Shown here: one piece after another, positions 13,398-24,446 of the stretch
How positions within the stretch are numbered: the stretch's first letter is position 1
How the letters are laid out: every line of letters starts with the position of its first letter
NCBI GenBank assembly: GCA_030390025.1
Contig: CM059432.1
Location: 144,710,001-144,774,000 of the forward strand
Direction: 5' to 3'
DNA length: 64,000 bases
Source of the DNA: Squalus acanthias
Lineage: Eukaryota
Program-made: the position numbers and the translations under genes
The notes under the pieces: model-generated
Database searches by the model: none
Told to the model about the DNA's origin: nothing
The model's input: the letters and a program-made list of their open reading frames with translations, nothing else

Positions 13398-14458
13398 GTA
13401 CGATAGAGTTCCCCTTGTCCTCACCTTTCACCCCACCAGCCTCTACATTCAACGGATCATCCTCTGCCATTTCCGCCACCTCCAGCGTGATCCCACCACC
13501 AAACACATCTTCCCCTCACCTCCCCTTTCAGCATTCCGAAGGGACCGCTCCCTCCGCGACACCCTGGTCCACTCCTCTATCACCCCCAACACCCCTTCCC
13601 CCGGCACCTTTCCGTGCAAGCGCAGGAGATGCAACACATGCCCTTATACCTCCCCCCTTCCCACTGTCCAGGGCCCCAAACACCCCTTCCAGGTGAAACA
13701 GCGATTTACTTGTACTTCTTGCAATTTAGTATACTGTATTCGCTGCTCACGATGTGGTCTCTCTACATTGGGGCGACCAAATGCAGATTGGGTGACGGCT
13801 TTGCGAAACACCTCCGTTCAGTCCGTAAGGGGGACCCCGAGCTTCCGGTCACCTGTCACTTTAATTCTCTGCTCCACTCCCACTCAGACCTCACTGTCCT
13901 CGGCCTCTTGCATTGTTCCACTGAAGCTCAGCGTAAGCTCGAGGAACAGCACCTCATCTTTCGATTAGGCACTTTACAGCCTTCTGGACTCAACATAGAG
14001 TTCAACAATTTCAGATCATAACCTCGGCTCCTATCATATATATATTTTTTATCCACACTTTTTGTTTGTGTTTTCTTTTCTTCTCTCCCACATGGCAGCT
14101 GTCTTTCATTCTGCCAGCACAATTTACACTTCCTCTGGAGCCATCCTTTGTTCCTTAACCTGTCCCATTACCATCTCCTTTTGCCTTGAATATCTCTTAA
14201 TGTCTCTTAACCTCTCCTGCCTTCTATCCTATCATAGACCTTCCCTTTTGTTCTTTCATCCCCTCCCCGCTTTCCCAGCCCCTACACTTGCTTAAAATTC
14301 TGTTCCATTTCCTGCTTTTTTCCAGTTCTGATGAAAGATCATCGACCTGAAACGTTAACTCTGTTTCTCTCTTCACAGATGCTGCCTGACCTGCTGAGTA
14401 TCTCCAGCATTTTCTGTTTTTATTTCAGATTTCCAGCATCTGCAGTATTTTCTTTTTA
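13398..14458 (+). mobile_element. Penelope-like element family B, 5'-truncated (GIY-YIG endonuclease, 3' UTR, hammerhead, tail), 9-bp TSD
   Basis: Translation gives DRVPLVLTFHP...PCKRRRCNTC...FTCTSCNLVYCIRCSRCG/LYIGAT...RKLEEQHLIFRLGTLQPSGLNIEF with a frameshift near 13765. TSD gaataaatt at 13389-13397 and 14459-14467. Confidence 0.9.
14324..14360 (+). ncRNA. Minimal type I hammerhead ribozyme motif (PLE family B)
   Basis: AGTT-CTGATGA-A-AGATC-ATC-GACCT-GAAA-CG-T-T-AACT. Conserved core, stem I AGTT/AACT, stem II with one mismatch, palindromic ACGT stem III. Confidence 0.75.
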
Positions 14459-15329
14459 GAATAAATTATCCTATGTTCACTTTGGATTTGGAGAGACGAT
14501 TCATACTGTACTCCTCCAAAGGCCAATGTGAGTGGGTAGCGATTTGTTCACGTTGTGATGTTACGAGTCAGGCACTCAAAACCGTTGGGTTTATTTTGTG
14601 GCCATTAATAATATTTTGAGCATTGTCCCCAGGAGATACAACCAATTGGAGAACCATCTCTGACTTCAGTAATGTTCTCTCTCTCTTGCTCTGCTTGACT
14701 TTGCCTGTTGGAGCTGAAATGAAGAGCAGCATGTCTACACTGCGGACCGAGATCCACAGTTCGGAAACTAATTAGTTTCTGTAAATTTTTGATGCAAAGT
14801 AACTCTAAATTTTTATGTGCAAGTTTTTTTCTATTTTTGTATGACAGAGGGCTGAAAATGCTTTTAAAAATGGATTAGGATTTGAGCAATGTTCAGAATT
14901 TAGGACTGTTTCCTAATTCCTGTTATTCGCAGAACAATTATGTTAGAATTTTTGGGTTTGATGCAGAAAAGCTACTCGGGCTTCCAAAGGGCATCAACCA
15001 ATTAGTTTTCTTTGATCAAACATATCTGTTTTTTTTTTTTAAAACTCCAGATTTATATTAATCAAATGTAATTTAAAAAAGTGTGTGCATTGCCAACGTC
15101 TTAAAGCAATGCTTATGAATTGAAAATGAAAAGGATTCCCAAACTGAATAAACTATGGCTGATGTGCTTCAAAATCTTGACTACTATTGCCAAATTAGCT
15201 CTCTGAATGTTGTTTTAACTTACAGATTAATTAACTTAAAGCCAGAGATAAACTATTCCTCCTAAAAGCCACCAGATATGTACTTTAGGTCCAAAATATC
15301 ATCAAGAGTTTATATTTATTTAGGGCCTC

Positions 15330-15830
15330 TGATGTGATGAAATGTCTTAAAGCACTTCACAAATAAGGTGTAACGGAACTGGATACCAAACTAGGAAAGG
15401 AGAGGTTGGCGGGGGGGGGGGGGGAAACTGAAAATCTGAGCCAAGAGATTGGCGTTAAGGAGGCTTTTAAAGGTAAAAAGAGAGGTAGAGAGGTTGGGAG
15501 TTTTGATGCGGAGATGCCGGTGTTGGACTGGGGTGGACAAAAGTGAGAAGTCGCACAACACCAGGTTATAGTCCAACAGTTTTATTTGAAATCACAAGCT
15601 TTCGGAGCTGCTGCCCCTTCGTCAGGTGAAGTTTTGAAGTGTAGGAGGAGACGGCTGAAGTCTCTGCTCCCACTGATGGGACATAGGGTGGGGAGGGTGC
15701 ACAGAAGTCAGAGAAACAAAGTGTTTGAGAGGGGATATAAGGTTGGAGGAGATGGCAAAGATAGGACTGGACAAGAGGAGGATGAGGATTTGAATGTAAT
15801 ACATTTGGGGAAGGGAGGCCAGTGTGTGCC
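15330..15830 (-). mobile_element. Old degenerate L2-type 3' end hosting later insertions
   Basis: Weak similarity to the L2 3' ends at 40055-40560 and 57163-57752. Confidence 0.45.
15507..15629 (-). mobile_element. Penelope-like family A mini-element (hammerhead plus 3' end plus tail), 8-bp TSD
   Basis: TSD agttttga at 15499-15506 and 15630-15637. Minus strand reads TCAC-CTGACGA-AGGGGC-AGCA-GCTCC-GAAA-GC-T-T-GTGA...GTCCACCCCAGTCCAACACCGGCATCTCCGCA, matching 63105-63226. Confidence 0.88.
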
Positions 15831-15832
15831 AC

Positions 15833-15958
15833 CAATGATCCCTCTAGATTTTTTTTTCGTGCGCAGTATCTTAAATGCGAACAGCTTGTGAGTGGCCTGC
15901 ACGGTACCTTCCCGATTGCTGCGCGTCCGCGCACGCGAGCAGCTCAGAAGGAACATTG
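15833..15958. mobile_element. hAT-type MITE, 126 bp
   Basis: Imperfect TIRs caatgatccctctag / ctcagaaggaacattg. The 8-bp flanks tgtgccac and tgcatcac are consistent with a CpG-decayed 8-bp TSD. The interior is CpG-rich. Confidence 0.6.
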
Positions 15959-16184
15959 TGCATCACACTGTACGGATGGCTTCAGTGATCTAGCCATCAG
16001 TACTGCCAAATCCCTCTCCTGCATCATGTCCTGCACAGTTATACATTCCTCACTGCACAGTGAGGATCCAGCTGATAGGCAAATGGGACTTTGTACAGTA
16101 TACGTGAGGCAGTGTTTTGGACAATTAGACATGGTTCTGGACTTGTGTCTGCTTTCGAACCATCCAGTAGGCCACCCATATACC

Positions 16185-16937
16185 TCTGTCCTGTGTTGCA
16201 GCTTCCCCAGGTTGGCACCTCATTTTTAGGTACGCCTGGTGCTGCTCCTGGCACGCTCTTCTACACTCCTTATTGAACCAGGGTTTGTCCCCTGGCTTGA
16301 TGGTAATGGTAGAGTGAGGGATATGCCGGGCCATGAGGTTACAGATTGTGGTGGAATACAATTCTGCTGCTGCTGATGGCCCACAGCGCCTCATGGATGC
16401 CCAGTTTTGACCTACTAGATCTGTTCTGAATCTATCGCACTTAGCACGGTGGTAGTGCTACACAACACAATGGAGGGTGTCCTCAGTGTGAAGACGGGAC
16501 TTTGTCTCCACAATGACTGTGCGGTGGTCACTGCTACCAATACTGCCATGGACAGATGCATCTGCGACAGGTAGATGGGTGAGGACGAGGTCAAGTAGGT
16601 TTTTCCCTCATGTTGGTTCTCTCACCACCTGTCGCAGGCCCAGACTAGCAGTTATGTCCTTCAGGACTTGGCCAGTAGTGGTGCTACCGAGCCACTCTTG
16701 GTGATGGACATTGAAGTCCCCCACCCAGAGTACATTCTGTGCCCTTACTACTCTCAGTGCTTCTTCCAAGTGGTGTTCAACATGGAGGAGTACTGATTCA
16801 TCAGCTGAGGGAGAGCGGTAGGTGATAATTAGCAGGAGGTTTCCTTGTCCATGCTTCACCTGAAGCCATGAGACTTCATGGGGTCCAGAGTCAATGTTGA
16901 GGACTCCCAGAGCCACTTCTTCCCAACTGTATACCAC
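16185..16937 (-). mobile_element. Non-LTR retrotransposon (family C, Jockey/CR1-group) APE endonuclease and linker fragment
   Basis: Translation includes NLLLIITYRSPSADES...VLWVGDFNVHHQEWLGS...QVVREPT and KPGDKPWFNKECRRAC. Confidence 0.8.
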
Positions 16938-17400
16938 GTAGGGCAGAATGTGGGAGGCCAGCCAGGAGTGCGTTGGAATAGCCAAGTCTAGAGGTAACAA
17001 AGGCATGGATGAGGGTTTCAGCAGTGGATGAGCTGAGGCAAGGGTGGAGACGGTGATGTTATGGAGGTGGAAATAGGCGGTCTTAGTTATGCTGCGGATA
17101 TGTGGTCGGAAGATCATTTTAGGATCAAATATGACACCAAGGTTGCGAACAGTGTGGTTCCGCCTCAGACAGATGTTAGGGAGAGGGATGGAGTCAGTGG
17201 CTAGGGAACGGAGTTTGTGGCAGGGACCGAAAACAATGGCTTCGGTCTTCCTAATATATAGTTTGAGAACATTTCTGCTTATCCAGAATACGGACAAGCA
17301 GTCTGACAATTTAGAGACCGTGGAGGGGTTGAGAGAAGTGGTAGTGAGGTATAGATGGGTGTCATCAGCGTACATGTGGAAAATGACGCTGTGTTTTCGG
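16938..17400 (-). mobile_element. L2 LINE reverse transcriptase fragment
   Basis: MYADDTHLY...KTEAIVFG...RNLGVIFD. Colinear with 46510-46980. Confidence 0.88.
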
Positions 17401-18178
17401 CTGACCGCTCTCCCCTGTCATCATGCCTCCTTTCATTTCTCCTCTCTCGGATACTCTGCCCTCCCAAATCCCTGCCCCAATCCTTCATTACTCTTCGACC
17501 GTCCTCTCCTACCGCCGTCCCAGGCTTGACTCACTCTTATATAAGCCCACAGCTTCCTTCTGTGCCTCTCTTGGCATCCTACGAAGGGCCCATCAAGGTA
17601 CTCGTCGCTGCCGCCTTATGAGCTGCAACCCCAACTGTCCCATCCTACTCTCTCGACGACCAAGGGACGCAGACTTGAACGGATATGGCGGACAACTGGT
17701 TTAGTCATTCACCGCCAGATCTGACTGGACCACATATAACATTATTGGGTCCTGCTCTCGTCTGCCAAAATTGCTCACTATTCCAGAATCATTCTGGAAT
17801 GCAAAGATAAATCCCAGCTTCTATTCTCTACTATTAACCGTCTTCCTAAACCCCTCTCCCCTGTCTCCTCCACCCTCACCTCCGACAACAAGTGTGAGGA
17901 GCTCATGAACTTCTTTGTCTCTAAGATTGAGACTATCCGTTCAGCTGCCTCTGCCACTTCCCTTCCTTCCCCGAACCCACCGGGCAAAACTTCCTCTAAG
18001 ATTTCCCCCTGCCCTAGCCCTGATCTCACATCTTTCTCCAGTTTCTCTCCGATCTCCCCTCATGACCTCTCCGCGCTCATCTTGTCCATGAGACCCACTT
18101 CCTGCTCCCTCGATCCTATTCCCACCAAACTGCTGACCACCCAACTCCCTTTTCTGGCTCCCATGTTAGCTGACATTG
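17401..18178 (+). mobile_element. L2 LINE ORF2 upstream fragment, inverted relative to 16938-17400
   Basis: Colinear with about 44800-45950 (FFVSKIETIR...TSCSLDPIPTKLL). Confidence 0.85.
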
Positions 18179-19794
18179 CAGATGTGTGAGGTAAAAGAAT
18201 ATATTCCCAGGACACTGGGGCCAGGCAGGGTCCTGTCTGGCCCTGTACATTCCTATGTTGCTGTGCAATAACACGAGTATTTCAACTGTTACATTGTCTA
18301 TTGCTCTGTTTTATTAGAACTGCAGAGACAACATGTTAACAATGTTAGTTGGTTAGAGGCGGACTGGCGTGGACTTAATAGACAATATTCAGATTGAGGT
18401 ACTGAAGTAAAAACAAAAGCTTCAGCAAACATGCGAAGCGGTCAGATATAGCACAAATGCAAATGATGATGCTATGATCACAACTGTTGGGCAAAGATCA
18501 CATTTTACAGGCATCAGTTTAAGGTAGTGCCTCAATTTTCTGCCCTTCCATACAGAGACTCCACAGAAACATAGAACAGATCTTGGTATTTACCTATGTG
18601 TATGTGTTCACCAGCTTAAACACCAGCTTACACAAATGCAAATTGTAAAATGAGTGGAAAAGTAGGACATTGTTCAAATCACAATATATAATCAAGAAAG
18701 ATTACACAACTTTATTGTTTCAGTTTGCCATTTTCTGAAGCAACAGTCAACCAAAATAGTGACCAAGCTAAATGAATCTTATAAAAAGTCCTGAGGTTTG
18801 TCCAATTGCAGTGATGGGATAGACTCAATGAAACCACTTACCACTTCTGGGATTTGATTTCTTTCTTGATTTGGTTTACATCAATTGAAAAATAGACAAA
18901 CAGATTAGCGTTTGTCAAACAGGGACCCAAGCCAGACTGCCTTTTTGTTGTATTGAGAAGTGCAGATTGTAACAAGCAGGCCATTAGTTATTTGTTTTGG
19001 TTAAACAAAAGCAGCTCGGTGCCGAACTCTGGGCCAAGTGCAGCAGCCTAAAGAATCCCGACGTGATGCTTATCTGGTGTCACTGCAAAGCACCGCTGAT
19101 ATCAGCTTTTCTCCTTTCTTTTTGAACTTTAAAGCTCTCTTACCACCTGTCAGACATTTTAATTCCAAAATAAACTCTGGTCTTTGTACGTGTTGTGCAA
19201 GTTGCTCTTATTCCTCCAACCACCCCCACCCCCACCCCCACCCCCCACCCCCCAGAAAGTTAAGTGTCCTTGCATATTCACAATGGCAGAATTTTCTGAG
19301 ACCCAACTTGCTGACTGTCTTAAATCTTTTAAGCACCATTTACAGTATCAGAAGTGAAGCGATGACAGATCAATGTAAGGAGTTCCGGTTGCACCTCATT
19401 AATCTCAGCAAGAGAAATAACAAACATTACATTTGTTGTTTTGGCACAATTACGCAAATTGAAAAAAGCTGACAGTGATTTAAAGGTTCTGCTCCTTCTT
19501 ACCTGTGCATTACCTGACTCACATGGATTCATTTAGCTTTGCCACTCAGAGAACACAAACATATTTCTAATGTCAGGTCCTAACCAAAACGTTAACCAAT
19601 CTTTTTTTTCAGAAGCTGGTCTGCTGTGCAATTGCTGCTGTTTTATTTTAATGTAAACATGCAAACCTGTAGCAGCTGAAAGCCTTGCAGCATAATATAC
19701 TTTCTATTAATAAGTAATGCTCAGACTCCCCTGATAGCTCAGCAAATGTATTCAGTAAGTAGCTGAACCATCAGACCAGGAAGGTTTCTGGTTT

Positions 19795-20160
19795 AACAAC
19801 AACTTGCATTGATATAGCAACTTTAATGTAGAAAAATGGTCAAAGGTGCGAGGGAGGGAGGAACGGATACAGAGTCTCTGTGGGGAGTTAAGAGAGGTGA
19901 CTTGGTCAAAGAGATGGGTATTCAGAAAAGTTTTAAGTTGGGAGAAAAGTTGAGACCAATCATTCTGGAGAATATGGCCGAAGAGGCTGAATGCTCCACC
20001 AATGATGGTAGATGGGGAGAGGGGGCTAGAGTCAGAACATGAGGGCATGACGGAGGGGAAAGGGGGAGTTGAAAAGCTGTAGAAGGCTACAGAGCTATGG
20101 TGAAGTGAGACCATTGATGAATCTGTAAGTGGCAACATGGATTTTAAATATGATACCTAG
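19795..20160 (-). mobile_element. Degenerate L2 3' end
   Basis: Starts with aacaacaacttgcattgatatagc, the reverse complement of the L2 tail. Confidence 0.55.
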
Positions 20161-20334
20161 GCGGACAGACTCACTGAGGGAGTGCTAACTTTCAGGTGAG
20201 ATGATAAACCCTATGTAAGAGTATGTAAGGTGGATATAAAGGATCCAAGAGCAGGGGAGTTCTCTCAGTATACTAGCCAACACTTCTTCCTTCTTTAGCT
20301 GTTAAGAATTCAAGCTAAGTAGGTTAAAATTAAG

Positions 20335-20980
20335 TCCAGGGAAAGAGGGTTGAGAGAATGTGGAACATACAGTCCCAGAGGGCTGTAGGTTCAAAGTCAA
20401 ATGAAGTGTTTTACAAGGCAGAGAGATAATTACTTGGGAAATAGGGTATTAATGGATATGGAGAGAAGGCAGAGAAGTGGGATGAAAAAGTTAGAGGTGT
20501 TAAGGTAAGAAAATAGTGCAGCAGGCTCAATGGGCTGAATTACATAGAATATACAGCACAGAAACAGGCCATTCGGCCCAACCAGTCCATGCCGGCGTTT
20601 ATGCTCCACTCGAGCCTCCACCCAACCTTCCTCATCTAACTCTATCAGCATAACTCTCTATTCCCTTCTCCATCATATGCTTGTCTAGCCTCCCCTTAAA
20701 TGCAAGAGTATAATGATCTACTCTCACTTTTAAATCAGAGCACTAGGTTAGAGTAAACCACTGCAACACGGCACAAGTTCAAACTGGTGAAACACCGATG
20801 AAAGGGGAAATTCAGGACTATGTCAAGAAAAGTTTCTTCATGCAGATTTCTTCAACAACAGACTTCCCAGAAGAATAGTTGAGGCAATTAGGAGCCAGCT
20901 GTGATTGGGGGAGGGGGTGGGTAAAACTAGGTTTTTCTCTGAATTAATTGGGTGAATGGTCTTCCTCATCTCGATTTGCC
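20335..20980. mobile_element. Cluster of CR1 3' fragments (degenerate + copy, nested - copy at 20540-20705, degenerate + copy)
   Basis: CR1 3' motifs gagaatgtggaac, gggtattaatggatatggagagaaggca and cacagaaacaggccattcggccc. Confidence 0.6.
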
Positions 20981-21460
20981 TTGTGAACGCCAATGACTAA
21001 AGGAAATGAAGGGAACACATACAGAATATTATTCTGCCAAGACAAAACTATCATGTTTTCCTGCTCGGTTCCTGGAACAGAACTTGGGAGTCATTTGTTG
21101 CTATAAAGATACAAAAAGAACCAGTTCATTGAAACTAGACCAGTTTTGAAAGAGCAGATTGAGATGCATCTTGATGTTCTGGACACCACTGAGAGACTAA
21201 GCGTAAAAGGCCTCCTGAAGAGCTTTATGTCTGGCATTATGAAAATACCCCCAGGGGAGAAAGTGGCACGTCCAAGCCCAACACTGCTGTCTCCTAATGC
21301 CACACAAATGCAATTCCAGCAGGCATTACTGAACAGCACCAGGAATCAGAACTCTGATTTATTTTCCTTTCACAAACTCTCTTGAGCTCAGTTGTCGCAG
21401 CTCCACTCTCTTTGGCCAAGTTCAGTTACAACTGTGAATCAAACCTAGTACCTTTCTAGC

Positions 21461-21600
21461 CTAATACACAAAAGCAAAATACTGCGGATGCTGGAAATCT
21501 GAAATAAAAACAGAAAATGCTGGAAATACTCAGCAGGTCAGGCAGCATCTGTAGAGAGAGAAACAGAGTTAACGTTTCAGGTCGATGACCCTTCGTCAGA
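21461..21600 (-). mobile_element. Penelope-like family B mini-element (hammerhead plus 3' end plus tail), 11-bp TSD
   Basis: TSD acctttctagc at 21450-21460 and 21601-21611. Minus strand begins TCTGACGAAGGGTCATCGACCTGAAACGTTAACTC. Confidence 0.88.
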
Positions 21601-21744
21601 ACCTTTCTAGCTTATAAGGCTCAGCTAAATACTGTGCTGAGCCATTGGGTGAGACCCTGGTTCCTGCCAGCATCAAGGGCAATGAGCTACAGTGGGAGTG
21701 CTGACATAAGGTGGCACCATATCTCTCAGTAATCTGCGTCCCAG

Positions 21745-22140
21745 GCTGAGGGGTGACCTAATAGAGGTCTTTAAAATTATGAAAGGTTTTGATAGAGTAG
21801 ACACAAAGAGAGTGTTTCCACTTGTGGGGAAGAGCAAAACTAGAGGCCATCAAAATAAGATAGTCACCAAGAAATCAAATACAGAATTCAGAAGGAACTT
21901 CTTTACCCAGAGTGGTGAGAATGTGGAACTCGTTACCACAGGGAGTGGTTGAGGCGAATAGCATTGATGTATTTAAGGGGAAGTTAGATAAGCACGAGGG
22001 TGAAAAGAATAGAGGGTGATGATGATAGAGTTAGATGAGGAAGGATGGGAGGAGGCTCGAGTGGAGTATAAACACATGGATTGGTTGGGCCGAATGGGCT
22101 GTTTCTTAACTGTATATTCAATGTAATTCTATGTAATTCA
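21745..22140 (+). mobile_element. CR1-like LINE 3' fragment
   Basis: aggctgaggggtgacctaatagaggtctttaaaattatg (RLRGDLIEVFKIM) through the atgtaattctatgtaa tail. Confidence 0.8.
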
Positions 22141-24133
22141 GCTGCCACCCAAAGCTGTTGAACAGGGAGCCATAGCCAGCTTTATGTGCTTTACTTTATG
22201 TAATACAGGTTTAGACTTTTTCACCAATTTATTATTGTATCTGGTGGGATAGACTCAATGAAACCACTTCTGTGCCTGATTGTGTGAGGTAGAGCAATGC
22301 ACCTGCAATGACGTAACCTCTAATCCACGGTGACAACAGCACGAGATCTAGCAGCAACAAAATGACACATCAGCCCAGGTGAGACTTTTTTTTAATGCTT
22401 GATTTGGAAAGAGAGAATCACAAAAGCTGACATCTGAGTGTCACAACTTAAAAAAACCTTTCAAGCGGCGATGTTGAAGCTGACTCTCTGCAGCCTGTGG
22501 TGCTCCTGCAGTGGGCGGTGGGCAGGAGGGAAGATTATAATACTAGATTATAATAGTGGGTATGTTGACTTGCAGCTAAAGTCAAAACATCAAAGGAATT
22601 TTAAGCAAATAATCACAGTAGCTTATGATGCAGAAACTTTGAGGTTGGGCAGGAAACTAAGAGGTAACGAGCGGACCAAAGAACTCAGCCCAATGGAGGG
22701 GTTTATATGGCATGGGAGAGAAGAGGGTCACATGAATACATCATTACATCAAAAATATCAATGAAAGGGCATTTCTCTGATCATTCCTTCATTGACACTT
22801 GGGACAGTCACTTGTATGTGAAGGGCAACAATCTGATCTCTAAAAAGCTGAGGATACTTCTTTGATCACTGATGATTTTAGGTTTGCACCTTTAAACTGA
22901 AACATCAAATACCTTGGGTGAGGGTAAGAAGGATAAAGCAGTTTGTTTTCTGAAATGCAGTCACAGATCACATTTTACTGCAATAATTTTACTTTGATGA
23001 ATGAGAAAGATCAGACAAGCCCATTTCTCCAGGAAGAGTGAGAAAGTAACAGTGATTCCCAGCTGTGTAAAGAATGTCTACTTGCAATGCATCATTAACT
23101 TGTCTTTATTTCCAACTTGAACAGCGTCTCTAAAAGACAATACAAAGCCATTATTTCCAGCAACTCCAAAACAGAGCCTGGTACAACCTAGTCCCTTTGT
23201 GTTCTCTCCGACCACTATAAGTGATTAAACTGAAGCAAGAAAAACAGATAAAACTATGAATAGAACAGAGAGTGAAACGGCTGTGCTTTGTGTGGACTGC
23301 CCTTCCCATTCACACCTGATACTAGCAGAGGATAAGCCAACATCTTTGGTTTAATCTACAAGAAACAAAGAGTTCTGTATTAAAAAGAGCATCATGTTTT
23401 GTAACAACTAATGAAGAGTCACCTGTTATCAGTACGGATCATCAGGAAGGCAAAGGGCATGAAGCATGACACTTCTTTCATTGCCATCACTCCTCAGCCC
23501 CCATCCTCAAGGCCTTTATTGCACTCCACTGTCTTGTTGTTGCTTTTCTCTTATCTTTCCAATTAATCACCAAACTTGGTGGCCTAATGCAGTCAAGTCA
23601 AAGATGTACATGTTCACTTTAGAAAGTGATGGGAGTTAGGCTAAGCAATACCAAGTGACACCGAGGCCTTTCTTCTCAATCCTGAGAGCAGTATCTATAG
23701 CAAAGATTTCAAATGAACCCAGATTAGGTTACAAGTGTTAAGTGTAAGAAGGTATCCTGTAATCATAATCTTTTTCTTGGAAGTATGTAATTTCTCCAGC
23801 GCATTTTGTTGCTTGCTTTTATGTATTATCTCCCTACCACATATCTGTCAGTAAAGACATTACAAGATTTCAGCCAGTGAAATGTCAAAATTTAGAGTTC
23901 AAAATCCCTAAAACAACAATCTGCTGAACGGGATAGTCTGGAGTGTTTGTAGGAACTGTCTGAATGCGGCACTGCAGATTTTACTACCACAGCTCCACAG
24001 TCACCAACCAATCATTTCTTGCCCCATCAGTGTTTCAGGCCTTCATTCACACTGCTTGCCCGGGGCTGCAACATCTCACTCGGACCGGGTCATTTCTTTG
24101 TAGTATCTCCTTTGCACACATGCAATTTTAACA

Positions 24134-24446
24134 CGATAGCAAAATACTGCGGTTGCTGGAAATCCGAAATAACAACAGAAAACGCTGGAAAAACTCAGCA
24201 GGCCAGGCAGCATCTGTGGAGAGAGAAACAGAGTTAACGTTTCAGGTCGAAGACCTTTCGTCAGAACTGAAAAAAAGCAGGAAATGAAATAGATTTAAAG
24301 CAGCTTTAACTTGCTTTAAATCTATTTCATTTCCTGCTTTTTTCCAGTTCTGACGAAAGGTCTTCGACCTGAAACATTAACTCTGTTTCTCTCTCCACGG
24401 ATGCTGCCTGGCCTGCTGAGTTTTTCCAGCGTTTTCGGTTGTTATT
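24134..24446. mobile_element. Penelope-like family B fold-back element (two inverted hammerhead/3'-end arms of about 136 bp), 13-bp TSD
   Basis: Arms at 24167-24302 and 24312-24447 are near-perfect reverse complements around a 9-nt spacer. TSD tgcaattttaaca at 24121-24133 and 24447-24459. Confidence 0.9.

Noticed and set aside
21146..21385. Protein-like 79-aa ORF on the + strand
   Set aside because: No recognisable homology, no ATG start or convincing splice sites, and antisense to BBS9.
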